From the IMG/VR virus record IMGVR_UViG_3300044635_001663, positions 1 through 64,000 of that record: 64,000 nt of DNA; one strand, written 5' to 3'. Each line of letters opens with the position of its first letter. Positions within the stretch are counted from its first letter, which is position 1. The notes below the pieces were generated by a model that worked only from the letters and a program-made list of their open reading frames with translations, did no database searches and had not been told where the DNA came from. The stretch is from an uncultured virus (IMG/VR IMGVR_UViG_3300044635_001663). Taxonomy: Duplodnaviria; Heunggongvirae; Uroviricota; Caudoviricetes. Positions 19,941-32,631 of the stretch are shown here, in pieces. Made by a program: the position numbers and the translations under genes.

Positions 19941-20396
19941 ATGAACGAAACTAATTTTGATATTAAACCAACAATAATAGTATTAGGAACAGTTATAGGG
20001 CTATTATTCTCTATTTTTGTTCTTAATCCTATCCATAAAAAGAAAGTACAAAAACTATCAGAGCCACCGCTGATAACTTGTAATCAATGTAAAGGCTCTG
20101 GAGAATATCCAACAGATGTTAATAAGCTTATGATGGATGCTAGTTTGGCATTATTCATAAATCATCATCTTATGGTTGACAAGTGTGAAAAGTGTGTTAG
20201 ACTACCCTATGGTGATGGTTACGATTATTGCGACATTGTTCAGAACAAATACAAGATTTTGCTTCAAGAATATGGTGCTGCTGGGCCGAAAATAGATATG
20301 GCAGCTTGTGAAAAATGTATGGGAATGGGCCAATTTACTTCCAGAAAAAAAGATGGGTCTTATATGACTCAGGAAGAATATAATGAAACCCATTGA
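19941..20396 (+). CDS. membrane protein with DnaJ-type CxxCxGxG zinc-finger repeats
   Basis: N-terminal TM; CNQCKGSG and CEKCMGMG. Confidence 0.55.
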   Translation: MNETNFDIKPTIIVLGTVIGLLFSIFVLNPIHKKKVQKLSEPPLITCNQCKGSGEYPTDVNKLMMDASLALFINHHLMVDKCEKCVRLPYGDGYDYCDIVQNKYKILLQEYGAAGPKIDMAACEKCMGMGQFTSRKKDGSYMTQEEYNETH

Positions 20397-20642
20397 AGTT
20401 GGATTTGATGGAACTATACAGATTTATAATGGAACTAGCAGTCCATATAAGATCATATTTGCACGATCAACACATGATGATATGGGGCCAGATGTTTGGT
20501 CAGCTAGTTGGAATCCGAACATAAATAACAAAATTAAGAATACATTTATTTGGTGGGCAAAGAAAGATGGGCCAGAATTATTTTATCGAAATACAGATGG
20601 TAAGCTGTTTACTGTAAATTTTGAGATTTTTAAGGAGTAGTC

Positions 20643-21578
20643 ATGATGGCTAAAGGTTTTTTTAAAAAGAAAAATAATATATCACTATTACCATATGTAA
20701 GAGAGGATGTATACGGATTATCTGTAGATGATCCACAATCTCAAGGATGGGAACTTAGAAAATTTAATATTCCCAATTTATGGAAGGAATCTAAAGGAGA
20801 AGGAGTAGTAGTTGCTGTAATAGATACGGGCTGTGACCTGAACCACAAAGACCTAGTAGATAATCTATTACCCGGTAAAAATTTTATTGATCAAAATAAA
20901 GACCCTGTAGATGGTGCTGGTCATGGAACGCATGTATCATCAACAATAGCAGCGTCAGACAATGGATTTGGAATGGTTGGAGTAGCTCCTATGACTAAGA
21001 TTGTTCCGGTTAAATCTCTCGGAGACAATGGAACAGGATCAATGACTGCTGTAGCAGACGGAATACACTGGGCCGCAAATCAATCTGTGGATTTTATTAC
21101 CATGAGTCTTGGTTCGCCAGCCCCCTCAAAGCTTATAGAAGAGGCCATAACTTATGCTAATAGTAAAGGATGTATCGTTTTTTGTGCGGCCGGTAATAGT
21201 GGTGAAGATTCTGAAATAATGTATCCTGCTAGGTATAAAAATACCATATCTATAGGAGCAATAGACGAAAACATGAATAGAACCTCATTTACTTGTAGTG
21301 GAGACGATTTAGACTTTTTAGCTCCTGGACATAATATTATTGGATGTGTTCCAGGAAATAAATACGCTAGTATGAGTGGAACGAGCATGAGTAATCCTTT
21401 TGTTGTTGGTTGTGCTTCGTTGCTATTAAGCTATAATAATAAAAATAAAAAATATAGACTAAAAACATTTGAAGATTATATAGAAGTGTTCAAACTACAC
21501 GCTATATCTTTAAACAATCCTAAGTATAAAGGAATAAGAAAATATCAGGGTTATGGAATTATTAATCCAGTGTTTTAA
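20643..21578 (+). CDS. subtilisin-like serine peptidase (S8)
   Basis: VAVIDTG, HGTHV, AAGN, SGTSMS catalytic motifs. Confidence 0.95.
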   Translation: MMAKGFFKKKNNISLLPYVREDVYGLSVDDPQSQGWELRKFNIPNLWKESKGEGVVVAVIDTGCDLNHKDLVDNLLPGKNFIDQNKDPVDGAGHGTHVSSTIAASDNGFGMVGVAPMTKIVPVKSLGDNGTGSMTAVADGIHWAANQSVDFITMSLGSPAPSKLIEEAITYANSKGCIVFCAAGNSGEDSEIMYPARYKNTISIGAIDENMNRTSFTCSGDDLDFLAPGHNIIGCVPGNKYASMSGTSMSNPFVVGCASLLLSYNNKNKKYRLKTFEDYIEVFKLHAISLNNPKYKGIRKYQGYGIINPVF

Positions 21579-22012
21579 TTTCTAATATCTCTCACGAAAA
21601 TCGTGTTGGCCTTTCAGCTAAACGTGGTATAATTTACACAAAGAACTGTCTTTTGGAGAAAAAAATGAGATGGGTTTTTATTATAGCAAGAAACAGCACC
21701 ATAGAGAAAGTTAAAGTCTTTGATGACTATTTTGTTGGAGAGGTTTATGCTAATGAATATCTTAGAATAGAATTCGGGGTTAATGAAGTTGATTTCCCAG
21801 AATATCGTAAGGGAGAGTATTATCAAAGTGCTGATTCTGGAGTGAGTATTGGTCTTTATAAGGACAATACTTAAAACTCAATCCTCCAGCTTGACATAAT
21901 ATAGCAGACATAATATTATTATGGTGTTAATCGTGTTGATTAACGATTAGTGCCATTTATGGACTAATTTTTACTATTAAACTATGACTATAGTTTGTAA
22001 TGGAGGTTTATT

Positions 22013-22507
22013 ATGAATCTTTCTATTTCTAGAAACGGCTATTTAGCCCCTCGCAGAGTTGATCTATTTTCTGAGGTTAGTAAAGAGTTAGACCAAGCTA
22101 TGAATAATATTTTTGGTCATGACTTTTTTACTGGATTGAGTAAAAAGGGGAGAGGTTATCCGTTGATGGACGCTATACGCACAGAAAATAAATTAATCTT
22201 GCAATATACTGTGCCAGGAGTTAAGTTGGATGATCTAATAGTAGAATTGTCTGAGGATGGTGAAGGAAGATTGTTGACTGTTGGTGGATTTTTGCATGAG
22301 GATTATTTGGCAAAAAACGAACAATATCAGATTAAAGAATTGAGCAGTCAAGAATTTAGGAGAGTTATACGATTACCTTCAGACTTGAGTGAAAAAGAAC
22401 CATTAGCGAACTTGAAAGATGGTATTTTGACACTAAGTTTTGATTTGATTAAATCTACTTCAGAAACTAATACTAAAACTAAAAAGTTGAAAATTACAGA
22501 AGGTTGA
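22013..22507 (+). CDS. Hsp20/alpha-crystallin small heat-shock protein
   Basis: YPLMD..VPGV..FRRVIRLP..ANLKDGILTL. Confidence 0.9.
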   Translation: MNLSISRNGYLAPRRVDLFSEVSKELDQAMNNIFGHDFFTGLSKKGRGYPLMDAIRTENKLILQYTVPGVKLDDLIVELSEDGEGRLLTVGGFLHEDYLAKNEQYQIKELSSQEFRRVIRLPSDLSEKEPLANLKDGILTLSFDLIKSTSETNTKTKKLKITEG

Positions 22508-22530
22508 TCTTTTTTGTATCTAAACGAGAG

Positions 22531-22560
22531 CGGGGGCGTAACTGCCCCCGTGTCTTTTTT
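22531..22560 (+). terminator. intrinsic terminator
   Basis: CGGGGGC-GTAACT-GCCCCCG followed by a T-run. Confidence 0.8.
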
Positions 22561-23663
22561 CTCAAGGCTACTATTGACAAATGCCGATACTGTAGTATAC
22601 TTGGGTATCCTTTGGAGAAAGTTTATGAGTCCAACAGTTCAACAAAAAGTTCAAGATTTACTTGACAAGTATTTTATTGGTCAGAGTAATGGTGAGTTGG
22701 TAATTAAGCAAGATCATCTGAATAGTTTTTTGTCAGAATACAATACTATTATTATCAGTCGTACAGTGGAAGTTTGTGGTTTACACTAATATTGGAGAAA
22801 ATATGACAGTTCAACAGCTTCGTAATGATGGATATAAGGTCAGGGTTCTTCATAATCGACTTTACAACGGCTACTATAAATGGCAAGTAGGCAGCAAGCC
22901 CAGTGGTGATCGTGGTTATGGGCCTATTGATCCAGATACTAAAGGTGGATCAACTCAAATTGTAATTGATAGTCCATCTGGTGATCATTACGAGGGACTC
23001 GCTATTTGCAGTAAAAAAGAGAACTATAATAAAAAGCTGGGCGTTAGAATTGCTCTTGGACGTTGCAATATTAAACAACCAGCATATATTCCAGTAGAGG
23101 TAGAAAATGACTGATGAAGAAAAACTAGAACAAATAAAAAAACTTTGCAACTCTATTATATTTCAATGGACAACAGGAATTATTGAAAACGATCCCTATG
23201 AAGGAGGCAAGATAGTAGGAAGATCAGTATTAGCAGAAACTATTCTAGAAATTACTAACTAGGTTAGTTTATGTTTTATCTGATAGAATAGAATGTTGTG
23301 ACAAACACAATGAAATCCTTATAATTATAAAAGATCGACAAACTTACCCCACAGGGATGTAATTATGTATAAATATATCTTACTATTTTGTATTTTCTTT
23401 GTTAATAATCTAGCATTTGCAGATAACTGGATACCATATCAAGGACAGAATAATACTATTATCCAAACACAAACAACTACTATATCTCAACCAGTTACTC
23501 CAACGTATGTTGTTTTACAGCAACCAATAATCGTATATCGTGCTGTTCCTTATGTCTGGTACAATAACTATGTAGTAGAGCAAAGATGCTTATTTCATAA
23601 AACACAAAGGATTGTTTCTGAACCAGTGGTACAATGGCTATATCAACCATATACTATTTATAG

Positions 23664-24116
23664 ATGAATTCAAATATAAAATACACATGGGATCTATTTG
23701 ATCAAGATATTAAAAGTATTATTGACCAAATCCATTTCAGTGAATGGATTCCCGATTATATAGTTGGAGTTAAACGAGGAGGTTTAATTCCAGCAATAAA
23801 ATTAAGTCATTCTCTTAATAAGCCCATGATTATGATGAGCTGTCAACTAAGAGACAGTCAAGATAATGAAGTTAGACTCTATGAAGTGGAAGAAATATCC
23901 AAAGACAAAAATATTCTCATTGTAGATGATATATGCGACAGTGGGATCACTTTATCACAGATTATACTTAAATTTATAGCCAATGGATTTGATATAAATA
24001 GTTTAAAAACTTGTGCTATATTCTATAATAGCGAACAGAATTTTACTGTTGATTATTTTACTAGAAAATTGAAGAGATCTGTTAATACAGAATGGATTCA
24101 TTTTCCATGGGAATAA
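23664..24116 (+). CDS. purine phosphoribosyltransferase-like protein
   Basis: VGVKRGGLIPA, ILIVDDICDSGIT, WIHFPWE. Confidence 0.85.
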   Translation: MNSNIKYTWDLFDQDIKSIIDQIHFSEWIPDYIVGVKRGGLIPAIKLSHSLNKPMIMMSCQLRDSQDNEVRLYEVEEISKDKNILIVDDICDSGITLSQIILKFIANGFDINSLKTCAIFYNSEQNFTVDYFTRKLKRSVNTEWIHFPWE

Positions 24117-24877
24117 AATATGAAAAAGAAAATTATAGTTATGGCTACTATTACCATAGAAGGTGATAATTTAACCAAAAATTTTATTTCAATTATATTG
24201 ACTAAAATTCAAAAATATTTTCTTTATAAATTTAGATTTCAAGAATCCTTGTCTGAAATTGTCAGATTTGAATTATCTGATAATTTTGTAGAAATTAGTA
24301 GCCAATAAACAGTCTGATTTGGAATAAATTCAAGTTTTCGTGTTTGACAAGACGATACAGACATGATATACTGAGTGTCGTTAGGGTTTAGCATCTTATA
24401 TTTACTCTCTATTTTTTAAGAAAGAAAAATGAATACTCAAATTGAATATCACGTTAAGCAATTAAATAATAAGTTTGTTGTGACCAAAAACAACGAGCCT
24501 ATTACACTATCTTCTAATAGTAATCAAGGAATTGTCACAGAATTTGATTCCAAAGAAGATGCTGAGAAGTATTTGTCTATTCTGAAAACTTTGGCAAAAA
24601 AGTCTAAGTAACACTAATCATCTTAAAGATTTATCTATAATTAAATGCGAAAGAGGTTACACATGAACGAAAAAGCCAATGAACTGGTATGTGATTTCTA
24701 TAATAGCGTTTGGGAGTACATGAAACAGGAATATAATCCCAAGTGGCCTAAAATCTATAATAGTGATCAGATATTAAATGATATGATCTACCTAACAGGA
24801 CAATATTATTTTGGTGGCAATAGCGTACCTTTTACCGCTGGACAAATCGTAGATTTACTGAAAAGTAAATATGGAAA

Positions 24878-25252
24878 ATGAAAATTTCACTAGAACACGA
24901 TCTATTAAAGACAGAATATATTCGTACAAAATGTAGGGAAAGAGATGCCTATGCTCAAAACTTATATGCAGCCCTATGTAATAATCGTTTTTTTAAATAC
25001 GACGAAGAATGGACTTGCTCATGGAGATACGCAGGAGGATTAGTTGCTGAACTTATTCGTAATAATGATAATATCAATACCGTCAGAGATTCTATGGATT
25101 ACATGGATTGGTATTGTTCTGGTATTGGTGCAGATAACTGCAAAGGATATGTAGCAGAAAGCTGTGTTACTTCGGAAATAGAAAACGATCTTCTAAATTT
25201 AGGATGGATTATTAAACCATACCCAGAATATGAGATTTTTAAACAAATATGA
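24878..25252 (+). CDS. conserved-type phage hypothetical protein
   Basis: AQNLYAALCNN..SWRYAGG..YMDWYCSG motif. Confidence 0.65.
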   Translation: MKISLEHDLLKTEYIRTKCRERDAYAQNLYAALCNNRFFKYDEEWTCSWRYAGGLVAELIRNNDNINTVRDSMDYMDWYCSGIGADNCKGYVAESCVTSEIENDLLNLGWIIKPYPEYEIFKQI

Positions 25253-25789
25253 AAACACACAAAGAAAAACTATATAAAGTTGGACATTCAACACTAGCAG
25301 AAACTATTCTGGAGATTATCAATAATGGCTAAGAGTTTTGAAGATTTGTTGAAGAAAACTTGTTCCAAAGATGTTATTATTGATGGATATAAGAAAACGA
25401 TGAATTATTTTGCAGAATATATTGGGATGTCCCCCAAACAAGCCAATGTATTGCCAGATGATTTTTCAACGCTTAGAATTAAAGGGAAACAATTCAAGAG
25501 GCGTGACCCGTCACGAAGATGGTGATGAGAACATATAAAGAAGAAATAAGAAAAGTCCTTGATGATGTAAACTGTGATATTTGTGGAAAAAGTACCACTA
25601 ACTATCCAGATGTCGGGCCAGATTATGCCACTCTTGAATCTTGTTGGGGATATGGCTCAAAAAATGATGGATCAAGATTTGAGGTTGATCTGTGCGAGTC
25701 TTGTTTTAATGATGTAATTGATTTACTGAAAGAAACAAGAAAGAGAATCTTGGGGCCGTTTAGTTATCCTTATGAAAACGATCCTTTAA

Positions 25790-26407
25790 ATGGATATGAA
25801 TAATTCAATAACTCTAATTGGTGATGTCCACGGTAAATACAAAAGATACCATGAAATTATCAGAGAAAAAGATCGTCATCCATATACTATCCAATTAGGA
25901 GATTTCGGGTTCGACTATGGTACAGTATTTAATGTGGACGATCAGAAACACAAGATCATAGGGGGTAATCATGACCATTATGATAGGATTATTCATATTC
26001 CTCATTACTTGGGAGATTATGGTTTCACCACATTGAATGGAATATCATTCTTTTTTTATCGTGGTGCTTATAGTATTGATCGTCAGTATAGAACAGTTGG
26101 GATAGATTGGTGGGAGCAAGAACAGGTTACTATTGATCAATTCATGAAGGCCAGAGAGCTTTATAGACAGATCAAGCCTGATATTGTTTTAACTCATGAT
26201 TGTCCAGACGAGGTTAGTTTAAAGATATTAGATGCTAACCAAAGAAAATATGAGAACCTAACAGGGTGGGCTTTGCAAGAGCTATTTAATATTCATCAAC
26301 CTAAGAAGTGGCGATTCGGTCATTATCATAAGAGTTGGAATATGAATATAAGTGGCACTGACTTTAGATGTTTAAATGAATTGGAAACGGAACTATTGAC
26401 AGTCTAG
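25790..26407 (+). CDS. calcineurin-like metallophosphoesterase
   Basis: GDVHG, QLGD, GNHD, THD, FGHYH. Confidence 0.9.
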   Translation: MDMNNSITLIGDVHGKYKRYHEIIREKDRHPYTIQLGDFGFDYGTVFNVDDQKHKIIGGNHDHYDRIIHIPHYLGDYGFTTLNGISFFFYRGAYSIDRQYRTVGIDWWEQEQVTIDQFMKARELYRQIKPDIVLTHDCPDEVSLKILDANQRKYENLTGWALQELFNIHQPKKWRFGHYHKSWNMNISGTDFRCLNELETELLTV

Positions 26408-26429
26408 TATCGGGTAGTATAATTAAAAT

Positions 26430-26521
26430 GTTGATGCCGAAAGGTAGGGGTCGCGGGTATCCCCACAATCAACTTCCGTAGACTCTTAGCGGGATTCTGT
26501 GTAATACTGAGAAATACCGCT
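26430..26521 (+). ncRNA. putative structured leader or small RNA
   Basis: Follows promoter TTGACA(26396)/TATAAT(26418); three-way junction with a GAAA tetraloop plus a second hairpin. Confidence 0.4.
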
Positions 26522-27360
26522 CTATTATTAAACGAGAATGATAATGACAACTTTTGAAGATTGGCTAAATACAATAGAAGGATTCTCGTTACGCTCTGAA
26601 AGAGCATACGATGACCTAGTTAAAAACCCAAAAGACCCTGTAGACAACTGGCAAGAAATTAAAACATGGCTTGAGGCAGCATACCATCAAGGCTGGGATG
26701 ATGCCAAGGTTGCGATAAGAGAAAGTTTGAAATAATGACATATCCAAATTCTATTACCTCGTCAAAATTCGACCCTCTTCATTTGGAATGGATGAGCGAT
26801 ATACATTATAAGTGTCAATATGGATATTTCTTGATGAAAGAAAACCAAAATTGGGTATTTTTACCATTTGAGCATGAATTTGATACTAGCTTATTGTTAG
26901 ATATAATTGATGCATTAAACAATCTAAATGAAAGTATAACAAATGAGTTATGAAGAATTTATTAAGTTAGTTGATAGTACAAGCACTAACTTTAATTGGA
27001 GATATGGTCAAGCTTTAATGAATGTCCTTCACGGAATCCATCCTGAAAAATATAGAGAGATTGTAGAATCAGATCATGATCCATATTATATAGAAGATAA
27101 TGTTTCCAAAACCCTAAAGAAACTACAAGAGGATTGGAAAAATAAGTTATGATTGACATTAAAAAAGAATTGGCAAATTTAGATAAAAGTGATTTTATTA
27201 AGGTTTGTGATTTGGTAGACAAAATTATAACAGATATTTGGATAACAGCAAAACAAGAAAAGAACGAAAAATGGAGAGATGAACTAAAGATTGCTATAAC
27301 AAAAGACTATATGATTGATCTACTTAATCCAAACCTATTAGACTTTGACAAAGAGGAACC

Positions 27361-27714
27361 ATGAAAGGCCCATTGATTTATTACGAAATTAAAGATATGT
27401 ACGGTAGTGACCTGAGTAGCACTAAACTTGCTACAGAATTGCGTAAGTCTGTACTTGAAGAAATTGAATTAGGCTTTAATGTAGATATTGATTTCAAGGA
27501 CGTTCGTAATGTAACCAATGGATGGGGTAGGAATTTTATTGGCAAAATCGCTAAAGATAAAGGTATAAGCTTTATTAAGCAACACATCACTCTGTCTAAT
27601 ATGAATTATAGCGTGAAGCAAAGTTTATTGGAAGGTATTTCTGATGCAGAGTTTGAAGCTTTATACTTAAACAAAGATAAACAGGATATCATATTGAACG
27701 AGATACTACAATGA
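27361..27714 (+). CDS. STAS-like (DUF4325-type) protein
   Basis: L-SS..A..LR..VDIDFKDV..VT pattern. Confidence 0.55.
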   Translation: MKGPLIYYEIKDMYGSDLSSTKLATELRKSVLEEIELGFNVDIDFKDVRNVTNGWGRNFIGKIAKDKGISFIKQHITLSNMNYSVKQSLLEGISDAEFEALYLNKDKQDIILNEILQ

Positions 27715-28277
27715 TTTATTTTACTAGTGATACTCATTTCGGGCATTCCAACATAATCAAACATTGTGATCGTCCATTTGATAATGTCCATATAATGGAT
27801 CAAATAATTTTCGACAATATAAATGAAGTTGTTGGACATGATGATACTTTGTATATACTAGGAGATTTTTGTTTTAAAGGAAAGAAACCAATAGACTACA
27901 GATTGCGTATAAACTGTAGGGATGTTCATTTAATTTTTGGTAATCATGATAAAAACACAGACTATTATTTAGACGAAATCACCAAAGATATGAACGGCTT
28001 TACCTCAACATATGATGTTAAAGAAATAATTTACTGTAATCAAAGAATATATTTAAGTCATTATCCTCATCGTTCATGGCCCGCTAGTCATAAGGGGTCT
28101 TGGATGCTTTACGGTCATGTACACTCTCGCTTAAACAATGAAGATAAGACTTCTGAAAGATTAACACTAGATGTTGGAGTAGATAATACGGTCAACTACA
28201 ACAAGCCCTTTGGGCAACCGTGGAGTTTCAAAGAACTACAAAAACTATTTACTCAAAAGATCAAAACCCAATCGTAA
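27711..28277 (+). CDS. metallophosphoesterase
   Basis: FTSDTHFGH, LGD, GNHD, HYP, GHVH. Confidence 0.9.
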   Translation: MIYFTSDTHFGHSNIIKHCDRPFDNVHIMDQIIFDNINEVVGHDDTLYILGDFCFKGKKPIDYRLRINCRDVHLIFGNHDKNTDYYLDEITKDMNGFTSTYDVKEIIYCNQRIYLSHYPHRSWPASHKGSWMLYGHVHSRLNNEDKTSERLTLDVGVDNTVNYNKPFGQPWSFKELQKLFTQKIKTQS

Positions 28278-28591
28278 GGGGTATTATTATAATAGACTCT
28301 TATCAATGAGGTTGTTATGATTATCCGCACTAATATAGATAGTGATTGCGAAGACAGAATGTACTATACCTACAAAAGCATGGGTAAAGAACAAAAAGAA
28401 TATATCCCTAAGTACAAAACCAGACTCAGCGAATATGAAGCAGAGAGATTAATAGAAAGATTGCAACAAGACCCTACGATAGATAAAATCTATCTATACA
28501 AAATCAAATATAATGATGGCAGAATATCTTTATTTGCTAACCCAAATCACCCAATAGGAAAATTGAGTTGCGAAGATAATGAATGAAAAAT

Positions 28592-28663
28592 GCGAGAGTA
28601 GCTCAATGGCAGAGCGTTAGGTTTCCAACCTAAATGTTGAGGGTTCAAGTCCCTTCTCTCGCT
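28592..28663 (+). tRNA. tRNA-Gly(TCC)
   Basis: TTAGG-TTTCCAA-CCTAA. Confidence 0.9.
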
Positions 28664-31178
28664 TTTAGTTAAAGAGGTTGACAACGCATGGTCGATATGG
28701 TATGATTACGGTAGTATGTCTCAACAAACATTTGATTTTTCATGGATTATTGATATCTGTATGGTATTAATTGTATATCTGCTTGTTTACTGGTATTTAG
28801 TTTAATGCTTACTATCGAATCAGCACCATATAATTCTTTTAGAATACAAGCAGTATCCAATGTAGAACTAGCATCTGCTTTTCTAAGACTACAAGAGCAT
28901 TATGAAAGTCCAAATAATGATTTTAGATGCAGACCATTTACAAGAGGAGAGTATCAACAATGGTACACTCAAAGGCGTGGAGCATTTACATACTATTCTG
29001 ATTGGACTGGATTTAATATACCAAGTAGGATCATAACCCCATTTATAAATGGACTGTTTGATCCTCTTACAACACTAGAGCAAGAATTAATAGAATTTTT
29101 TCGTTATTCTCCTAAAACTGATCCTTTCTATATTATAGGAGCAAATAGTGACGACGTTCTACATCATGAACTAAATCATGCTCTATTCGATTATAGTAAA
29201 CCTTACAAAACTGCTATAACTAAATTATTTGACTCTCAACTAGAACACATAAAGTATGCTATGCAGTACCTAATCAATAAAGACTATCATACTTATATGT
29301 TGTACGACGAACTTCAGGCGTATATTCTGGATAAAGATACAGATGTTACTAATTTAATTACTAATTCTAATATAATCTTAAGCGTAATAGAACATTATCA
29401 TCAGTACGGAGAAAATCATTATGAGAATAGATCTGGTTGAAAGTATTAAAGTAGGAGATACAATATACAATTGTTTTTTGGATAACTTAGTTGTCTCATC
29501 AATTTTTAAAGATATTGAGAATAATCGTATAGTTTTTGGAACTATAGACACTAGGCTGAATAAAGCCAGCTACGATCCTACTGATGTTTATTTTGAAGAT
29601 TTATACGGAGAGAGTGATGATGAAAAATCTTGGGTAGAATGGGCTAAGAACAACAGAGATTTTTTATATGATTTTGACCATATTGAAACCGTAAAAGAAA
29701 TTTACAAGACGGCATTTTGCAAAGGGTTTGAACACAAAAACAAAATAACCTATGAGGAGATGATGCAGAAATGAGTTGGGACGGAACCTTCAAATATGAT
29801 CCTGTAGATATTTCTAAAGTTAATAATATATTGACTCAATACAAAGGCCAGCCGGTATTAGACTACATTATCGAGCTGTATAAACTTATCGAATATCAAA
29901 GACAAAGATTGTCAGAACAAGAAAAACAACTGGTTGCTATTAAACATAGCGAAGCTTGGAAACATTACGACAAACCTTTTGAGAATTATGATTCTTCTAT
30001 TCGTAAGTTTGTTGACAAACCACCCAAATCTGGTAATATGAGTTGCTAACATGATGATCTCTGAAATTAAAAAGTGGGCTAAAACAAAAGGCTATGAAGT
30101 AATTAAAGACAAAGAAGATGGTCTTTATTATTGGGCTAAGTTAGATGCTGGGCCAGATGCTAGTGGAGTGGCTAAAAGCGTTAGTAAAGTAGCTACTGCC
30201 ATCTTTAATCATATTACGGATAATAAATGGACAGATCATCAAAAAGAATTTCAAGACAATAAACAAGAAACTAAACAAATAACAATATCGGATTACTCAT
30301 GAGCAATTATCTTAATATTGATATCCCAACATTCTGCTCATACCTAGATACTTCATTTCTATATGATAAATTACCAGATATCAATGCCAGTAGAATTCCT
30401 GTAGAGGTTTTTTCTTTTACAAGTATTCCTCAAAGGTGTGGTTTATTTTCTATAATGACAGAATATGGCAGTCAACATGCCAGAGTTCCTATTCATTATT
30501 TAAGAACAAAAAATGTTGGAGGAACTGATTATCCTCTGGACTGGATTCAACTATGGGATAGTATTAGTTACTATTGCTCTATGAGTATAAATTCTTATAC
30601 GAAGAACAGGGCTGCTAAAATTATGTTAAAAGATCAGGCTTTTGAAAAAGTAAAATATCTCTTTACTATTGATTGGTGTTTAGGGTCGCAGTATGAATTG
30701 GGTTATGGAGAAATGGCTGCTGGTCATAAATGCGGTCATGTATTTGAAGGAAATGGTCAATATTTTATTCAACCAAATAATAGGGTATTATGGATGGATG
30801 GCGGAAGTTGGATAGCAAAAACATTTGACAAGAAACCAGATTGGAAAGTTTTTAGTAAAGAATTTAGTTGTGAGCATACTGGTAGTAGGTGGGTAAGTAA
30901 ATCAGAAGAAGAAGAATACTTTTATGAATTTAAAGAGGCAAAAGAATAATGTATGTCAAATTTGTGTCTAAATCAGACGAATGGTTTGATACTGGAACAG
31001 AAGTTTTTGATGCTACAATATGCGATTGGGGAAGAACTTTAAAGAGAATGGCTGTTGATGACTATGCCGTTTGGCTAAAAGCTGGACATATTCTTGGTAG
31101 AGGACTAAAGAATGGATTTTGGGATGAGGAACTTTGTCCATTAGAAGAGTTTGAAATATCATATACAGAGGATCAAGT

Positions 31179-31826
31179 ATGAGTGTAAAACTAATTTCAG
31201 TGACTCCAGACGCAGAAAAGTTAATGGCATATTGTGCCAGAGTAAGTAATCCAAGTAATCAAGACAACGACAATTATTCAAAGCTATTGGCTTATTGCAT
31301 TAAGCATCAGCACTGGAGTATTTTTGAACAAGCTTTTATGACCGTTGAAATCAACACCACAAGAGGATTAGCTGCTCAAATTCTCAGACATAGAAGTTTT
31401 ACTTTTCAGGAATTTAGTCAAAGATATGCTGATACTACATTACTAGCTGAAGATATTCCAACTTTTGAATTGCGAAGACAAGACAATAAAAATAGACAGA
31501 ATAGTATTGATGATATATCTGATGAGACTAAAGTAAAATGGAATACTAAAATTCGTGAACATTTTGCAAAAGCTAAGTCTATCTATGATGGTATGATAGC
31601 TGACGGCATAGCTAAAGAATGTGCTAGATTTGTTTTGCCATTAGCAACTCCCACTAGACTTTATATGAGTGGTTCTATTCGTAGTTGGATTCACTATATT
31701 GAATTACGATCCTCAAATGGAACTCAAAAAGAACATAGACTTATTGTAGAAGAAATCAAGAAAGTTTTTTCAGAACAATTCCCCACAGTTTCAGAAGCAC
31801 TAGGATGGAATAATGGAAATGTATAA
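31179..31826 (+). CDS. thyX: FAD-dependent thymidylate synthase
   Basis: [34 protein letters not shown]. Confidence 0.97.
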   Translation: MSVKLISVTPDAEKLMAYCARVSNPSNQDNDNYSKLLAYCIKHQHWSIFEQAFMTVEINTTRGLAAQILRHRSFTFQEFSQRYADTTLLAEDIPTFELRRQDNKNRQNSIDDISDETKVKWNTKIREHFAKAKSIYDGMIADGIAKECARFVLPLATPTRLYMSGSIRSWIHYIELRSSNGTQKEHRLIVEEIKKVFSEQFPTVSEALGWNNGNV

Positions 31827-31984
31827 TATCACAGCACAGGTGTATGAATTACATGACACTTCTAAGCAACATCTTTTAATTAATCAAGTTATAGATGCTG
31901 ATTCAGAAGAGGATGCTATTTTTCAATTTAAGAATCAATATCGTATTAAATTTCAGGTAGTTAAAATCCATTCAGTAGAACAGT

Positions 31985-32626
31985 TTGAATATGGAAACCA
32001 AACCTAACTTAACTCTTAAAATTGTTAGAGAATTACTTGATCATGGATTCTCTGTACTATTATATAACGTAGAACAACTACCAGATGCTTGTGGTGGATG
32101 GTGTTCTATTGATGAAAATGAGAGAGAATTTGTGGTGGCTATGAAGCATCACATGGGCTTTGAGATTCTGATTCATGAATATTGTCATTTCTTACAATGG
32201 AAAACTGATCGTAAATTATGGGATAAAAGTATGTCTACTTATGATATTCTTTTTGACTGGATTAGTTTCCCCTCACTGGTTCATAATGCTTTTATTAAGG
32301 ATAATAAGTTTACTCAACAAGAACTAGATCAAAGTTTGCATGATATTCTAGAGATAGAACATGATTGTGAAAAAAGAGTTCTGAAATTAGTTAAGAATTG
32401 TCCTATTGAGGATTTTGATACTGATAAGTATATTCGTGCTGCCAATGCTTATTTGTGGTCTTATCATTTAAATAGAGAATTAAGAATGAGACCTAAGAAT
32501 CCTATTTATTCAGAAAGAGTGCTGGAGCATATGCCGAATACTTTTAATTCCGATCTATCTTTTTATCTAGATCGTTATAATCTTACAGATACTATTCGTC
32601 AAGCATTGCTGGCTGAATACGAATAA
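31985..32626 (+). CDS. HExxH zinc-metallopeptidase-like protein
   Basis: LIHEYCH with a downstream E (EIEHDCE). Confidence 0.5.
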   Translation: MNMETKPNLTLKIVRELLDHGFSVLLYNVEQLPDACGGWCSIDENEREFVVAMKHHMGFEILIHEYCHFLQWKTDRKLWDKSMSTYDILFDWISFPSLVHNAFIKDNKFTQQELDQSLHDILEIEHDCEKRVLKLVKNCPIEDFDTDKYIRAANAYLWSYHLNRELRMRPKNPIYSERVLEHMPNTFNSDLSFYLDRYNLTDTIRQALLAEYE

Positions 32627-32631
32627 AATAA

